In this document: positions 61,163-64,000 of the stretch, in pieces | How positions within the stretch are numbered: position 1 is the first letter of the stretch | Layout of the letters: each line of letters begins with the position of its first letter | Assembly: GCF_001194135.2 (NCBI RefSeq) | Contig: NC_068983.1 | Coordinates: forward strand, 101,453,019-101,517,018 | Length of the DNA stretch: 64,000 nt | DNA from: Octopus bimaculoides | Taxonomy: Eukaryota | Direction: 5' to 3' | Program-made: the position numbers and the translations under genes | Notes under the pieces: model-generated | The model's input: the letters and a program-made list of their open reading frames with translations, nothing else | Told to the model about the DNA's origin: nothing | Databases searched by the model: none

Positions 61163-62053
61163 CTAGTAACAAGGAATTTAGGAATTGAAACAATACTGAG
61201 AGAAACTGTTCCACTGCATGCTCTTTTCATCCCACTCTTTTCACCTAGTAAACCCTCTCGTTCTGTCAAATGATAGCCCTACTACCTCTTTGACCCACTC
61301 CTATTTCCTCCACCTGCCCAACCCCAATGACAACTGATATTCACCACTGACCACACCTTCACCTGTGTTCACCATACACTGCTTTCACCTCTATCCCCAT
61401 CTCTAATTTATCTACCATTCTCCTTTCACATCCTCATAAATTTACTTACCCACTTCCCCTGTCTGAGCCACTGTTCCATTTCACTGATATTCATCTTCCT
61501 CTTACTTGAAGGTATGCCCTGACACTTCATCTTTACCATCCTCTCTCTTTTTCCAGCTGGAGTAACCATTTACCTTCTCTATAGACACGTGTTCCTGTCC
61601 CTCTATCATACTTTAACATCTGGCACACAGTCATGTCCTCAATATGATATCCCCACTTACTGTGAGTTACTCAGTGATCTCACCATGCAAAAAAACGCCC
61701 AATATGCTCTGTAAACTATTTGGCATTAGGAAGGTATCAAGCCATAGAAACTATGCCAAAGCAAACATTGGAGCCCAATGCAGTCCTCTGGCTTGTTGCA
61801 TACTATCAAATCCTCCAATCCATGCCAGTATGGAATACAAACATAAGATGCTGATGATGTTTTTATGATCAACTGCTCATTGAGAACAATGTTTAATAAT
61901 TAAAGCAATCTAGGTAAATCCTAGAAGATAAGAAATTAATTCACTCTCTCTCATTTCAGATTGCTAGACCCTCCCTTTTTTAGGTGAGAGCAGATTAAGG
62001 TATTCTAACATGACAGCTATATGAAGGGTCAAAATATTTAGGCAAGTGTTTCA

Positions 62054-63041
62054 GGCAGAGGTAAAGGACATGGATTGCATTCCCTTTCAGGGTTCTTTTT
62101 GGTGGTGTGTGGGGGGGGGTCTACAGAAACCCACTATTTCGACTGCAGAGATTCCGAATCTGCAAAAAAAAATCGGCATTTTAAAATTTTATTCCCCACC
62201 CAATTTTTCGTTTTTTTTAGAAATTTTTTTTGGTGAAATACATCGAAAAATACAGAGATTACGATTCTGAAAAAAAATTTTGTAAAATTTCAATTATTCA
62301 AAAAAACAAATAGTAATGAATAAACACCACTCCCCTCCTGCTAAAATAGCAGACATAAAAAGTATCTAAACAGAGAACTCGACATGCTAGNNNNNNNNNN
62401 NNNNNNNNNNNNNNNNNNNNNNNNNNNNNNNNNNNNNNNNNNNNNNNNNNNNNNNNNNNNNNNNNNNNNNNNNNNNNNNNNNNNNNNNNNNNNNNNNNNN
62501 NNNNNNNNNNNNNNNNNNNNNNNNNNNNNNNNNNNNNNNNNNNNNNNNNNNNNNNNNNNNNNNNNNNNNNNNNNNNNNNNNNNNNNNNNNNNNNNNNNNN
62601 NNNNNNNNNNNNNNNNNNNNNNNNNNNNNNNNNNNNNNNNNNNNNNNNNNNNNNNNNNNNNNNNNNNNNNNNNNNNNNNNNNNNNNNNNNNNNNNNNNNN
62701 NNNNNNNNNNNNNNNNNNNNNNNNNNNNNNNNNNNNNNNNNNNNNNNNNNNNNNNNNNNNNNNNNNNNNNNNNNNNNNNNNNNNNNNNNNNNNNNNNNNN
62801 NNNNNNNNNNNNNNNNNNNNNNNNNNNNNNNNNNNNNNNNNNNNNNNNNNNNNNNNGAATCATAATCTCCATATTTTTCTACACATTTCAGCAAAAAAAG
62901 GGGGAGGGGGTAGTGAGGGCAGGATTGAAATTTTGAAATGCCGATTCTTTTTGCAGATTCGGAATCTCTGCAGTCGAAAAAGTGGGTTTCTGTAACAAAA
63001 AAAAAAAAAAAACCAAAGGGTCCATGTCCTTTACCTCTGCC
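62054..63041. mobile_element. Foldback/long-TIR DNA element with perfect 8-bp TSD (Merlin- or MULE-like), internal gap
   Basis: TSD gtgtttca 62046-62053 and 63042-63049; TIR GGCAGAGGTAAAGGACATGGA; inner inverted block acagaaacccact.tttcgactgcagagattccgaatctgcaaaaa. Confidence 0.85.
62391..62856. other. Assembly gap (N run)
   Basis: Ns. Confidence 1.
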
Positions 63042-63814
63042 GTGTTTCATATACTTTCTAAAATATGGTGAAAAATTTCATAATATAATGAAGCAGAGAA
63101 GTATAACTAGTCAGTTTGTTGATTTGGTAATTCATATTAATACACTTGTCAATGTTATTTAGAGGTTGTCTTTTGAGATGTGACATCGATCATTGCTTGT
63201 TACTGAAAGAATACTGACTCACATATACAATCACATACTTCCCTTGTACACGCACACACATATACTCATAGAGTTGAAACGCTGTTTGATTTTTCTTTTC
63301 AGCGTTAAATGCTCACCATCCCACTTCCATTGCACACACACACACCACAAACATTCACATACCTCCCTTTTACATGCAGATACATATACTCACACAGAAT
63401 TGAAACGCTGTTTGATTTCTTTTCACCTCTTCCTTTCTCATTCATATGTTGTGACAGAGAAAAACACAACATCTAGTAGAAGATACACGACACTCTGCCA
63501 CTTCCTCTCTCTCATTACTATTTCTTTCTCTCACTCCCTCTTAGTCATGGCTATTACTCTCACTACTTCTTCACTGAATTACTATTTTCTCTCCTCTCCC
63601 TTCACTTATACTACTCTTTCTCCTACTCCCTCCTATTCTGTGATTTTTGGACAAATATATATATATACAAATATATAAAAACACTACACTCATTATTATA
63701 TTAGGAGATAGAAAAAGCTATGAGAGTAGTGATGATAATGATACATTCCACTAAAATAAGAGTTTAACATCCATTTGTATATCTGTTAACAATTACAAAA
63801 GAGTTATACAGAAC

Positions 63815-63963
63815 AATGAGTGGTTGGCTTTAGGAAGGGCATCCAGCTGTAGAAACACTGTCAAATCAGATTGGAGCCTGGTGTAGCCATCTGGTTTCAC
63901 CAGTCCTCAGACAAATCGTCCAACCCATGCTAGCATGGAAAGCGGACGTTAAACGACGACGAC
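63815..63963 (+). mobile_element. RTE-3'-end/SINE-like repeat
   Basis: ggaagggcatccagctgtagaaacac..gcatggaaagcggacgttaaacgacgacgac. Confidence 0.85.
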
Positions 63964-64000
63964 AATACGTACAGACATATATATATATATATATATATAT

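Noticed and set aside
61901-61927. Upstream OPA1 exon ending in DLPR
   Set aside because: The minus strand reads GAT TTA CCT AGA but has no GT donor after it, a stop follows, and there is no upstream YNTQDH-like coding. It is a chance match; the true exon lies outside the window or in the gap.
62298-63050. 250/203/161-aa ORFs
   Set aside because: They span an N gap inside a non-coding foldback element.
63193-63678. 161-aa ORF
   Set aside because: Low-complexity (CA/CT-rich) sequence with an internal duplicate and no domain-like content or splice support.

Overview
AT-rich, repeat-dense animal genomic DNA, probably a coleoid cephalopod such as Octopus. That assignment is inferred from the [17 protein letters not shown]-type zinc-finger relics and the repeat families. 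One real gene is present: OPA1 (mitochondrial dynamin-like GTPase) on the minus strand. I traced 21 consecutive GT-AG coding exons from the P-loop exon (61162) to the stop codon (27265), with consistent phase throughout; the N-terminal exons are not visible in this window. The rest is a decayed C2H2 zinc-finger array, local duplications, three N gaps and many mobile elements: mariner, pogo/Tigger, piggyBac-, hAT- and Tc1-type MITEs, a foldback element, a Helentron-like element, RTE/Jockey LINE fossils, several tRNA-derived SINE families and an RT-less Ty3/gypsy element. The most interesting signal is three distinct repeat families carrying minimal type I hammerhead-ribozyme motifs with palindromic helix III, of the kind known from Penelope-like retroelements. 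One copy has an intact core (57123-57195). One family is a tRNA-headed (Pol III) SINE whose tail carries the ribozyme and is also present as an inverted copy at the 5' end, all inside one 12-bp TSD (49314-49744). One family has a non-canonical CUGUUGA core (5018-5053, 40300-40334). All assignments were made by eye; no database search or folding program was run, and repeat boundaries without a TSD or TIR are approximate.
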